Assembly (NCBI RefSeq): GCF_048269205.1
Contig: NZ_JBLXJC010000004.1
Location: forward strand, 62,638-126,637
Direction: 5' to 3'
From: Emcibacter sp.
GTDB lineage: Bacteria; Pseudomonadota; Alphaproteobacteria; Sphingomonadales; Emcibacteraceae
Length of the DNA stretch: 64,000 bases
Shown: positions 36,368-45,405 of the stretch, in pieces
Layout of the letters: every line of letters starts with the position of its first letter
Numbering within the stretch: the first letter of the stretch is position 1
Made by a program: the position numbers and the translations under genes
Notes under the pieces: model-generated
What the model was told of the DNA's origin: nothing
Databases searched by the model: none
The model's input: only the letters and a program-made list of their open reading frames with translations

Positions 36368-37002
36368 GTAATGGTTTGGTCACAGATGAATGGATTTTGT
36401 CCTATGCGGCCGGCGGCCTTGACCAGGGTCATGCCCTGCTGGTGGCCACCCAGGCGGCTATGCGTCCGGAGATCCGGCGCAAGGTCAGTGAAGCAGAAGC
36501 AGTGGGCGGCGCATTTTTGGAAACCTCGAAAGCTGTCCCGGTCAACGACGGGTTGCTGGGTAAAATACTCGAGCGCTTGCCGGATGTGGAACCGGAAGAA
36601 CACATACAGGATGATATCCCAAGCCTGCCGGCGCCGCTGGCGGACTATCTTGGTTGCGGGCTTGATGACCTTGACTGGCGCTTCATGGGACCGGGTCTGA
36701 AGAATGTGCGGCTCTGGACCGGACCCCATGATGAACGGCTGTGGTTGCTGCGCGCCAAAGGCGGAATTACCATACCGGAACATGGTCACCGCGGTGTAGA
36801 GATGACTCTGGTGCTGCGGGGCAGCTATCATTGCGGCAACGAAACATTTTTGCCGGGCGACATGGATATGTCCGATGATGACAAGACCCACCAGCCGGTG
36901 ATCAATCCCGGCGAGGATTGTATTTGTCTGGTCCTGACCGAAGCGCCGCTCAAATTCAATTCCCTGATGGCCCGACTGGCCCAGCCGCTGATTGGATTGT
37001 AG
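36364..37002 (+). CDS. chrR: ChrR-family anti-sigma factor with a C-terminal cupin domain
   Basis: 212 aa, ATGA-coupled to the sigma gene. N-terminal WILSYAAGGL...LLVATQ resembles the ChrR anti-sigma domain. The C-terminal cupin region carries EHGHRGVEMTLVL...H. Confidence 0.8.
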   Translation: MSNGLVTDEWILSYAAGGLDQGHALLVATQAAMRPEIRRKVSEAEAVGGAFLETSKAVPVNDGLLGKILERLPDVEPEEHIQDDIPSLPAPLADYLGCGLDDLDWRFMGPGLKNVRLWTGPHDERLWLLRAKGGITIPEHGHRGVEMTLVLRGSYHCGNETFLPGDMDMSDDDKTHQPVINPGEDCICLVLTEAPLKFNSLMARLAQPLIGL

Positions 37003-37123
37003 CACCTCTATTTGCAATTGTGTATTTTGTCTCAGGGAAAGGGCGACATTCATATTGTATTGTCCAGTGGTTTTCGTTTAGGGTCTGGGTCTGAAATCAA
37101 CATTCTCTCCGGGAGGCCTCTTA

Positions 37124-38578
37124 ATGGAACTCAAGAACCAGAATTTGATCCGGATGAAATCCTATATCAACGGCCAGTGGGTTGAGGCGGATAGCGGCAG
37201 TTTATTCGCCGTTACCGACCCGGCATCCGGCGCCGAACTTGCCCGGGTTTCCGACTGTGGGGCTGCCGAAACGGTCCGGGCCATCGAAGCGGCCGAGACC
37301 GCCTTTGCCGCCTGGAAACTGACCACGGCCAAGGAACGGGCCGCTTTATTGCGCCGTTGGTTCCAGTTGATAATGGATAATCAGGAAGATCTGGCCCTTC
37401 TCATGAGTGCGGAACAGGGTAAACCGTTGGCGGAATCCCGCGGCGAGATTGCCTACGGCGCCTCTTATCTGGAATGGTATGCAGAGGAAGCGAAGCGCGC
37501 CTATGGTGATGTGATCCCGACCCCTGCGGCGGACAAGCGTATTGTCACGCTCAAACAGCCGGTCGGGGTGGTGGCCTCCATTACGCCCTGGAATTTCCCG
37601 AGCGCAATGATTACCCGCAAGGTGGCCCCTGCTCTTGCGGCAGGATGCACCATTGTCGTCAAGCCCAGTGAGGAAACGCCGCTTTCCGCCCTGGCGCTGG
37701 CGGAACTTGCCGAACAGGCCGGATTGCCCGCGGGCTGTTTCAATGTGGTCTGCGGAACTGACGCCGCGGCTATTGGCGGAGAAATGACCTCCAGTCCCAT
37801 TGTGCGCAAGATCAGTTTCACCGGCTCTACCCGGGTCGGCAAGCTGCTTCTGGAACAGTCTGCGAAAACAGTGAAAAAAGTCTCCATGGAGCTCGGCGGC
37901 AATGCCCCGTTCATCGTCTTTGATGATGCGGATCTGGACGCGGCGGTGGCCGGCGCCATGGCCAGTAAATACCGCAATGCGGGCCAGACCTGTGTCTGCG
38001 CCAACCGTCTTCTGGTGCAGGACGGCGTTTATGATGCTTTTGCCGCAAAGCTGGCCGAAGCCGTGCAAGGCCTGAAGCTGGGGGCTTATACCGAGGAAGG
38101 CGCCACCACAGGTCCGCTGATCAACCGGGCGGCGGTGACCAAGGTGGACGGGCTGGTGAAGGACGCTCTGGACAAGGGGGCGACGGCGTTGGCCGGCGGG
38201 GTAGGCGGTGAAGATGACAGCCAGTTTTACACGCCAACCATCCTCACCAATGTGACCCCGGAAATGGATATCTTCAACGAGGAAATTTTCGGTCCCGTGG
38301 CGCCGCTCTACCGGTTTGAAACCGAACAGGAGGCCATCGAGATGGCCAACGACACGCCTTACGGCCTCGCCTCCTATTTCTATGCCCGGGATATGGGCCG
38401 CATCTGGCGGGTCAGCGAGGCACTGGAATATGGCATGGTGGGGATTAACGAGGGAATTATCTCCAATGAAGCCGCCCCATTCGGCGGCGTCAAGGAAAGC
38501 GGGATTGGCCGCGAAGGCTCCCGTTACGGTCTCGACGACTATATGGAACTGAAATATCTGTGCATGGGCGGGATCTAG
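37124..38578 (+). CDS. gabD: Succinate-semialdehyde dehydrogenase (NAD(P)+)
   Basis: 484 aa. Aldehyde dehydrogenase motifs MELGGNAPFIVFDDADLD and GQTCVCANR, with an SSADH-like N-terminus INGQWV. Confidence 0.85.
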   Translation: MELKNQNLIRMKSYINGQWVEADSGSLFAVTDPASGAELARVSDCGAAETVRAIEAAETAFAAWKLTTAKERAALLRRWFQLIMDNQEDLALLMSAEQGKPLAESRGEIAYGASYLEWYAEEAKRAYGDVIPTPAADKRIVTLKQPVGVVASITPWNFPSAMITRKVAPALAAGCTIVVKPSEETPLSALALAELAEQAGLPAGCFNVVCGTDAAAIGGEMTSSPIVRKISFTGSTRVGKLLLEQSAKTVKKVSMELGGNAPFIVFDDADLDAAVAGAMASKYRNAGQTCVCANRLLVQDGVYDAFAAKLAEAVQGLKLGAYTEEGATTGPLINRAAVTKVDGLVKDALDKGATALAGGVGGEDDSQFYTPTILTNVTPEMDIFNEEIFGPVAPLYRFETEQEAIEMANDTPYGLASYFYARDMGRIWRVSEALEYGMVGINEGIISNEAAPFGGVKESGIGREGSRYGLDDYMELKYLCMGGI

Positions 38579-38745
38579 CCGACCGTCTCCTGTCTGGAAA
38601 CTATTAATATTGGTAGTATCCGGATTGTCAGCTTCGGGCGGGGCTACTGCCAATATTCGCCCCCGCCTACCAATTATAGCTTTTGCCTTTAGGTCTTGCC
38701 GTTCTCCATACTCTGTACACGAGTTGCAGATATGGAGAAGGTCGG

Positions 38746-40311
38746 ATGAGAATAGGTGTTGACGTTGGCGGGACAAATACTGACGCAGTCCTGATGGACG
38801 GGCGGAAAGTTGTCGCTTCCAGGAAAACCCCCACAACCGAAAATGTGAGTGACGGCATTGTCAATGCCATAACTTCGGTACTGGAACAATCCGGTACGAC
38901 GGCCAGCACCGTCAAATGTGTCATGATCGGTACTACCCAGTTCACCAATGCTTTTGTGGAACGCAAGCACCTGGTCGAGGTCGGGGTGATCCGGCTGGCG
39001 CTACCGGCCAGTCGCGGTATTCCGCCGTTGACCGATTGGCCTGAAGATATTCGGGATGTAATCGGGGACAATATAGAGATGGTCCGGGGCGGCTATCAGT
39101 ATGACGGTCGCCTGAACAGCGAATTTGACGAATTCGGATTTCGCGCTGCGGCCCGGCGCCTGAAGGAGAAAGGCCTCAGGGCGATTGCCGTCTCCGGTCT
39201 GTTTTCCCCGGTCAATAGCGAGATGGAGGAACTGGCAGAGCAGATCCTGCTGGAGGAAATACCCGACTGTACGGTAACGATTTCTTCCCGTATCGGCCGT
39301 ATCGGCCTTATTGAACGGGAAAATGCGGCGATCATGAATGCCAGCCTGGCGGAATTGTCGGTGCGGGTGGTTTCTTCCTTCCGCAAGGCCCTTGCGGACC
39401 TGGGGATTAGCGCGCCCTTTTTTATCAGTCAGAATGACGGTACCCTGATGAAGGCGGATTTTGTTGAAAAATATCCGGTGCTGACCTTTGCCTCCGGCCC
39501 GACCAACAGCATGCGGGGGGCGGCCTATCTTTCCGGGCTGGATGATGCGCTGGTCGCGGATATCGGCGGCACCACCACGGATATCGGCATGCTGGTCAAC
39601 GGCTTTCCCCGGGAATCCTCCATGACCGTGGACATCGGCAGTGTGCGCACCAACTTCCGCATGCCTGATGTGTTTGCCCTTGGCCTTGGCGGTGGTTCCC
39701 TGGTGACCAAGGACGACGATCCTGCGGTCGGGCCCAGATCCGTAGGCTTTCGCCTGATGGATGAAGCTCTGGTCTTTGGTGGCAAAACCCTTACCGCAAG
39801 CGATATTGCCGTGGCGGCGGGGTATGCGCAGATCGGCGCGGCGGAAAAGGTTGAGGATCTGGACAGCGACCTGGTCCGGAAAGCGGTTAAAAGAATTCAC
39901 GCCATTGTCGCCGACGGGATTGACCGGATGAAAACAAGCGCCGATCCAGTGCCGCTGATTCTGGTCGGCGGCGGCGCTGTGCTGATCAGTCAGGATATCC
40001 CCGGGACAACTGAAACCATCATTCCCGACAATGCCGGTGTGGCCAATGCCATAGGTGCTTCCATTGCCCAGGTGGGCGGTGAGGTTGACAAGGTCTATTC
40101 CTACGATCAGGTGGGTCGCGATGCCGCCATGGATGAAGCCAAAAGGGAAGCAACGGAAATGGCTCTGGCAGCCGGGGCCGCCCCTGATACCGTCCAGGTC
40201 GTGGATATTGACGAAGTGCCGATAGCCTATATGCCGGGCGGCTCTGTGCGTCTCAGGGTGAAAGTAGCCGGCGAACTTGATTTGGATAAAGTGACAAGGA
40301 TGGACTCATGA
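38746..40311 (+). CDS. Hydantoinase/oxoprolinase family protein (HyuA-like, ATP-dependent type)
   Basis: MRIGVDVGGTNTDAVL is an ASKHA-fold N-terminus. ATG 38746 follows GGAGAAGG. It is ATGA-coupled to the downstream DUF917 gene. Confidence 0.8.
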   Translation: MRIGVDVGGTNTDAVLMDGRKVVASRKTPTTENVSDGIVNAITSVLEQSGTTASTVKCVMIGTTQFTNAFVERKHLVEVGVIRLALPASRGIPPLTDWPEDIRDVIGDNIEMVRGGYQYDGRLNSEFDEFGFRAAARRLKEKGLRAIAVSGLFSPVNSEMEELAEQILLEEIPDCTVTISSRIGRIGLIERENAAIMNASLAELSVRVVSSFRKALADLGISAPFFISQNDGTLMKADFVEKYPVLTFASGPTNSMRGAAYLSGLDDALVADIGGTTTDIGMLVNGFPRESSMTVDIGSVRTNFRMPDVFALGLGGGSLVTKDDDPAVGPRSVGFRLMDEALVFGGKTLTASDIAVAAGYAQIGAAEKVEDLDSDLVRKAVKRIHAIVADGIDRMKTSADPVPLILVGGGAVLISQDIPGTTETIIPDNAGVANAIGASIAQVGGEVDKVYSYDQVGRDAAMDEAKREATEMALAAGAAPDTVQVVDIDEVPIAYMPGGSVRLRVKVAGELDLDKVTRMDS

Positions 40312-41402
40312 AGCTGGAATTGACGGATCTGGAGGATTTTGCACGCGGTGCGGCGTTTCTCGGAACAGGCGGCGGCGGCGATCCCTATATCGGCAGGTTG
40401 CTTGCCCGGCATGCCATCAAACAATTCGGCGTCCCGAAAATCATCGAGCCGGACGAACTTGCCGATGATGCCCTGGTGTTTGCCATTGCCATGCTGGGCG
40501 CCCCGACAGTTCTGGTGGAAAAAGCCGCCTGCGGCGACGACATTGATCTGGCCATTGACAAGCTGGCCGAGCGTATCGGGCGCCGGCCGGATGCATTGAT
40601 TCCCATAGAAATCGGCGGAATCAATTCGACCGTGCCGATTGTGGCTTCAGCCCGGACCGGCATTCCTTTGGTGAATGCGGACGGCATGGGCCGTGCCTTT
40701 CCGGAAGTGCAGATGGTGACCTTCAATGTTTACGGTCATCCGCCCACACCCATGTCGGTGGTGGACGAGCATATGAACGCGGTGGTGGTGGATGCGCAGG
40801 ATGCGAAAACGGCTGAGAACCTGGTTCGTTCCATGGCCATTCAGATGGGCCTCAGTGTCGTGACCGCCAACTATCCGGTGTCCGGCGAGGTCGTGAAAAA
40901 ATATGCGGTGAAACACACCCTTACCCTGGCCCTGGAAATCGGCCGGGCCATACATCGGGGGCGCCAGGAAGGAAATCCGGTGGAGGTACTTGCCGACTAT
41001 CTCCGGTCCACCGACTATTATCGGCACTGCAAAATTCTCTATGATGGCAAGATCACCGACATCAGGCGGGAAACCACCCGCGGCTTTTCTGTTGGCCATT
41101 GCCGCATTGATCCCCTGACGGGCGCCGGAGACCCGATGGAAATTGTTTTCCAGAATGAAAATCTGGCCGCCCGAACCGGCGGGCGGACTCTGGCCATGGT
41201 GCCTGACCTGGTTTGTATCGTAGATCGGGAAACGGCCGAGCCGGTGCCGGTTGAATCCCTTCGTTATGGCCAGCGTGTCAAGGTCATTGCGGCAAGTGTG
41301 CCGCCGATCATGCGCACCCCCGAGGCGCTGGCGACATTTGGCCCCCGGTGTTTTGGCCTGGAGGAGGATTATATCCCGATCGAGGAAATCCAGGAGATCT
41401 GA
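40308..41402 (+). CDS. DUF917 family protein
   Basis: 364 aa with GAAFLGTGGGGDPYIG, typical of DUF917. This family commonly pairs with a hydantoinase-A-like gene. Confidence 0.75.
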   Translation: MKLELTDLEDFARGAAFLGTGGGGDPYIGRLLARHAIKQFGVPKIIEPDELADDALVFAIAMLGAPTVLVEKAACGDDIDLAIDKLAERIGRRPDALIPIEIGGINSTVPIVASARTGIPLVNADGMGRAFPEVQMVTFNVYGHPPTPMSVVDEHMNAVVVDAQDAKTAENLVRSMAIQMGLSVVTANYPVSGEVVKKYAVKHTLTLALEIGRAIHRGRQEGNPVEVLADYLRSTDYYRHCKILYDGKITDIRRETTRGFSVGHCRIDPLTGAGDPMEIVFQNENLAARTGGRTLAMVPDLVCIVDRETAEPVPVESLRYGQRVKVIAASVPPIMRTPEALATFGPRCFGLEEDYIPIEEIQEI

Positions 41403-41453
41403 CGGCAAAGGAGAGGCAATTGACGGAACTCGCGCGGGTGTTATATTTATGCC

Positions 41454-44183
41454 ATGAGTAACGATGTTCCCCAGGTTCCGGTTGACCCGATCCCCTGGCT
41501 GGTTTCGGCCAAGGTTGTCCCGCCCAGAAAAAATTCTGTGCTGGCGGAGCGAATATCCATACTCGATCGTCTTTCAGGGCATAAGGAAAGACGGGCAACC
41601 ATTCTGGAGGCCCCCGGGGGTTTCGGAAAAAGTACACTGCTTGCCCTGTGGCGCAGCAGGCTTTTACAGGCCGGTGATCGGGTTGCCTGGTTGACGCTGT
41701 GTGCGGAAGACACCGGCGGTACCCTTGTCACCTATCTTGCTTATGCCCTGCATATGGCGGGACTGGATGTTGGCGACACCGGGCTTCTGACAAACAGTAA
41801 TTCAGTTTCTGATGACTATATATATAATCTCAATCTTCTGATCGGTGCGCTGCAGAAGGCGGGAGAAAACGTCACTCTGATCCTGGATGATGTGGAGCTT
41901 GTGGCCGAAGAGGAGGCGCTGCAGGTTCTGAATGTGCTGTGCCGGCATGCCCCGGAGAATCTTCACCTTGCTGTTGCCTTCCGGCGCAATCCCGGCTTGC
42001 AGTTGAGCAATCTGTTGCTGGATGGCGCCGCCATTCGATTGACCGCCGAGGAGATGCGTTTCTCTGCCGAGGAAGTGGCCGAGTTTTTTGATCACGCCCT
42101 GTCCCGGGCTGACATGCAGACGGTGCTGGACCGCACCGAAGGATGGCCGGTTGCCCTGCGTCTGCTGAAAGGCGGTACTGCAGGCGGGAGCGGCGATATA
42201 GATCGCATCCGCCTGTTTTCGGGGGAACGTGGCCTGGCGGCCGAATATTTCGCCGAGCAGGTCTTTTCGAGGCTGTCCGAAGCAGAACAATCCTTCCTGC
42301 TCGATGTCTCTGTTCTGGAATGGCTCGAGGTGCCTTTGATCGATGCAATCAGGGAATCAAGCGATGCGAGACGGATCCTGGATACCCTGTCCCATCTTGA
42401 GGGGGTCATTGTGTCCCTGGACGCCCAGGAGGAAACCTATCGCCTGCATGCCCTGTTCCGGGAATTTTTATTGAACAGCCTGCAGCGGGATAACATCCGG
42501 CATTATATGGATCTTCAACGGCGGGCCGCCCGTGTCCTGGCCGGGAGAAGTCGTCTTCTGACGGCCCTGCGGCATGCCAACCAGGCCGGCGACAACCAGC
42601 TGTTTGGCGAAATACTGGAACAGGCAGGTGGTATCCGGATCTGGCTCCGGGAGGGCATGACCCGCATATTGCAGGCGGTACGGATTATGGATGACCGGGT
42701 GGTTCAAACATTTCCGAGGCTTGCCTTTCTCAAATGTGTCGTGGCGATGAAAGCAGGTCACTTACGGGATGCCCAGGTCCTGTTCAAGCAGATCGAGCAG
42801 CAGACAGATGGTTTCCTCCGTGACCGGGAAGGCGGAGATGACAAGGCGCTTTACCAGGAACATATTTTTGTCCGTTCGACGTTGGCGGCCTATGGCTGTC
42901 ACACCCTGAGTGACGAATTGCTGTCCGAGCTTCTTCCGGAAAATATGGATTCTCCGCAGGATGACGCCATTACCCTCGGCCACCATAAAACGCTGTTGTG
43001 TGTCGCCAATAACCAGCGGGCTGATTTTGCAAGATCCTGGCGTTTCGGCAAAGAGGCCATCGAACATTTCCGCCAGATCGGTTCCGTTTACGGGGAATTA
43101 TTTATCGATTTTCATTTTGGATCAATTTGCATGGTGCAGGGGGAGCCGCATGACGCCGCTGGCCATTATGCCCGGGCCCTGAAATTTGCGCGCAAACATT
43201 TCCCCCGGGACCAGGGCATCCAGCTGGTGGGCGATATTTTGACGGCCGAGCTGGATCTGGAACGTAATCTGGTCAAACGGTTCAAGCGCAAACTCAATAA
43301 CATTATTCAGCGCCTGCACGGCAGTGAAGCGTGGTTTGATATCTATGCCGCAGCCTATGGCGTTGTCGCCGAGGTTATTCTGGAGGAGGAAGGGTTTGAG
43401 GATGCGCAGGCTTTCCTGCGGGAGGCAACCGAAAGGGCCGAGGAGCAGGGCCTGACAAAATTATCCAGTTATCTGGCGGCCTTGCGGGTTTCCATTTTGC
43501 TGGCCGAGGATAATCTGGAGCAGGCAAGAATTCATTATGAAAAGAGCGGACTGCCGACGACGCCAGCCGCTATCTTTGATCTCGAGGGTAACAGTTGGCG
43601 CGAGGCAGAAATTATCGGCTGCACATATCTCCAGCTTCAGATGTCTTCCGGAAAGTTTGACACCGCCCGGGACCTTGCCCGGCAATTCCTGTCCTTTGCC
43701 GAGAACAGAAACCTGGGGCGGGCTCTCGCCCGGGGGCTTGTGCTGGCGGCGGTTCTGGAAAATGCTGCCGGCAACAGGGAGGCGGCGCTGATATACCTCG
43801 GCCGGGCGGTAAAACAGATAAAATACAGTGAATATGTCAGGCCGTTTGTCAGGTTCGCTGACCAGGTTGGTCACCTCCTTCCCCTGCTTGCTTCTGAAAC
43901 CGAAGACGAGGAACTGAAAATTCAGGCAGAGAAGATCGCAACTCAACTGAAAATATCTGGTGAGACAAGTGAAACCGGGCAATTTTTCAGTCATCGGGAG
44001 ATGGAGATCCTGCGCGGCCTTGACCGGGGATTCCAGGACAAGGTGATCGCCAAGGCGTTGAATGTCACGCCGCATGCTGTCAGGTACCATCTGAAAAATA
44101 TTTACGCCAAGACCAATGCCTCCAATCGCATCCAGGCCCTGAACAAGGCCAAAAAGATGGGCGCGTTTTCCACTCCGGGCTGA
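41454..44183 (+). CDS. Large ATP-binding LuxR-family (LAL / MalT-like) transcriptional regulator
   Basis: 909 aa with Walker A EAPGGFGKSTL, a long helical-repeat middle region and a C-terminal LuxR HTH (FSHREMEILRGLDRGFQDKVIAKALNVTPHAVRYHLKNIYAKT). Confidence 0.85.
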   Translation: MSNDVPQVPVDPIPWLVSAKVVPPRKNSVLAERISILDRLSGHKERRATILEAPGGFGKSTLLALWRSRLLQAGDRVAWLTLCAEDTGGTLVTYLAYALHMAGLDVGDTGLLTNSNSVSDDYIYNLNLLIGALQKAGENVTLILDDVELVAEEEALQVLNVLCRHAPENLHLAVAFRRNPGLQLSNLLLDGAAIRLTAEEMRFSAEEVAEFFDHALSRADMQTVLDRTEGWPVALRLLKGGTAGGSGDIDRIRLFSGERGLAAEYFAEQVFSRLSEAEQSFLLDVSVLEWLEVPLIDAIRESSDARRILDTLSHLEGVIVSLDAQEETYRLHALFREFLLNSLQRDNIRHYMDLQRRAARVLAGRSRLLTALRHANQAGDNQLFGEILEQAGGIRIWLREGMTRILQAVRIMDDRVVQTFPRLAFLKCVVAMKAGHLRDAQVLFKQIEQQTDGFLRDREGGDDKALYQEHIFVRSTLAAYGCHTLSDELLSELLPENMDSPQDDAITLGHHKTLLCVANNQRADFARSWRFGKEAIEHFRQIGSVYGELFIDFHFGSICMVQGEPHDAAGHYARALKFARKHFPRDQGIQLVGDILTAELDLERNLVKRFKRKLNNIIQRLHGSEAWFDIYAAAYGVVAEVILEEEGFEDAQAFLREATERAEEQGLTKLSSYLAALRVSILLAEDNLEQARIHYEKSGLPTTPAAIFDLEGNSWREAEIIGCTYLQLQMSSGKFDTARDLARQFLSFAENRNLGRALARGLVLAAVLENAAGNREAALIYLGRAVKQIKYSEYVRPFVRFADQVGHLLPLLASETEDEELKIQAEKIATQLKISGETSETGQFFSHREMEILRGLDRGFQDKVIAKALNVTPHAVRYHLKNIYAKTNASNRIQALNKAKKMGAFSTPG

Positions 44184-44191
44184 CCGGTTGC

Positions 44192-44229
44192 CCCGGAACT
44201 ATCTTTTTTGCCCGGAACTATCTTTTTTG
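44192..44229 (+). repeat. Perfect tandem direct repeat, 2 x 19 nt (CCCGGAACTATCTTTTTTG)
   Basis: Read directly from the sequence. Copies lie at 44192-44210 and 44211-44229, starting 9 nt after the LAL regulator's stop and about 150 nt upstream of the racemase ATG. Confidence 0.9.
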
Positions 44230-44382
44230 GTAGTCACTGTTTTTAGGCAAGCATCTCCCCGACTACCTGTTTTATCTGAAATCTACCGAAAGCTTCCTTT
44301 GCGGGCCCTTCAGGGGAACTGTAATATTCCATTTGTTTGTAATTGTATTCCGGTGCCGGAAGACCCTATCAGGAGGAGTTCC

Positions 44383-45111
44383 ATGACCAAAGTTATTCAC
44401 ATTGTCACGCCGATTATCACCCGGGGAATCCGGTCCCTGGACGATGTTGCGCCACTGGCGGAAGAGAACAATATTGAATTCCGTCATTCCCTTCTGGACA
44501 AGGGACCTTCCTCCATCGAAAGCGAGTATGACGAGGCCCTGGCCGTGCCGGATACTATTGTTAAATGTGTTGAGGCGGAAAAGGCTGGCGCCGATGCCAT
44601 CATCATTGACTGTATGGGAGACCCCGGGCTGAAGCCTTCGCGTGAAATGGTATCGATCCCCGTTCTGGGGCCGGGGGAGACGAGCATGCATGCCGCGGCC
44701 ATGCTGGGGCATAGATTTTCGGTGGTCACGGTTCTCGACAGTGTCGTGCCGATGTTGCGCAACCTGGCGAAGATCTATGGCGTGTCAGAAAAGCTGGCAT
44801 CAGTCAGGTCCATCAATATGCCGGTTTTGGAAATCGAGAAGGATTTTGAAAAAACCCAGCGCCTTTTGGCGGAGGATTCACTCAGGGCCGTGAAAGAAGA
44901 CGGCGCAGATGCGATTGTGCTGGGCTGTACCGGCTTTCTGGGCTGTGCAGAGAAGATTACAGCATTGCTGAAGTCGGAAGGCTATGACATTCCGGTCATC
45001 GATCCCATTCCGCTGACGGTCATGGCGGCCCATGCGCTGACCACTGTGGGACTTTCGCACAGCAAGAAGACCTATGGGAAGCCTCGTGACAAGGAGGTTA
45101 TAGGATACTGA
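44383..45111 (+). CDS. Asp/Glu/hydantoin racemase family protein
   Basis: 242 aa from ATG 44383, preceded by AGGAGG. The two Cys-containing blocks IIDCMGDPGL and IVLGCTGF are typical of the family. Confidence 0.8.
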   Translation: MTKVIHIVTPIITRGIRSLDDVAPLAEENNIEFRHSLLDKGPSSIESEYDEALAVPDTIVKCVEAEKAGADAIIIDCMGDPGLKPSREMVSIPVLGPGETSMHAAAMLGHRFSVVTVLDSVVPMLRNLAKIYGVSEKLASVRSINMPVLEIEKDFEKTQRLLAEDSLRAVKEDGADAIVLGCTGFLGCAEKITALLKSEGYDIPVIDPIPLTVMAAHALTTVGLSHSKKTYGKPRDKEVIGY

Positions 45112-45148
45112 AATTCATCGGCAATTTCTGGTACTGTATGTCGATGGA

Positions 45149-45176
45149 GGCCGGGGCCGGTGGCTCCGGCCTTTTA
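45149..45176 (+). terminator. Rho-independent terminator after the racemase gene
   Basis: GGCCGGGGCC-GGT-GGCTCCGGCC followed by TTTT. Confidence 0.7.
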
Positions 45177-45405
45177 GTGCCTGCTCATCATGATGATGCG
45201 TTGGTGCTGCAGATCATGAAAAACTACTAAGAATGGTAGTGGGGTATGAGGGCGAAGATGACAGGGGTACTACCGCTTTTTCTTGCCGACTACCGGTATT
45301 CCCGGTTGAAGAACAAGGGGTGCAGAAGGCAAGCTGTTCACTGAAGTCACAATCAATAAATTGCCCCCAAGGGGAAGTCGTAAGTTTAGTTCAGGAGAGG
45401 AAACT

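Noticed and set aside
41454-44183. The STAND-type NTPase (Walker A GGFGKS plus a long helical repeat region) considered as an Avs/antiviral STAND defence protein.
   Set aside because: It ends in a canonical LuxR-type HTH and has the MalT/LAL regulator layout with no nuclease, protease or other effector domain. Its neighbours are catabolic genes, not defence or mobile elements.
44188-44382. Upstream extension of the racemase ORF (ORF track start 44188), which would make the 19-nt tandem repeat coding.
   Set aside because: The extension translates to an implausible Cys/Phe/Pro-rich peptide. A strong AGGAGG Shine-Dalgarno site precedes the internal ATG at 44383, where homology-like sequence (MTKVIHIVTPI...) begins.
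45177-45405. Possible riboswitch or attenuator in the ~230-nt leader of the TonB-dependent receptor. ACTAC(C) occurs three times (45223, 45269, 45289) and could pair alternatively with the single GGTAGT (45235). A T-run follows the second copy.
   Set aside because: The stems are only 5-6 bp with large G-rich loops. I could find no cobalamin (B12-box), TPP or other known riboswitch core. The evidence is too weak without covariation data.
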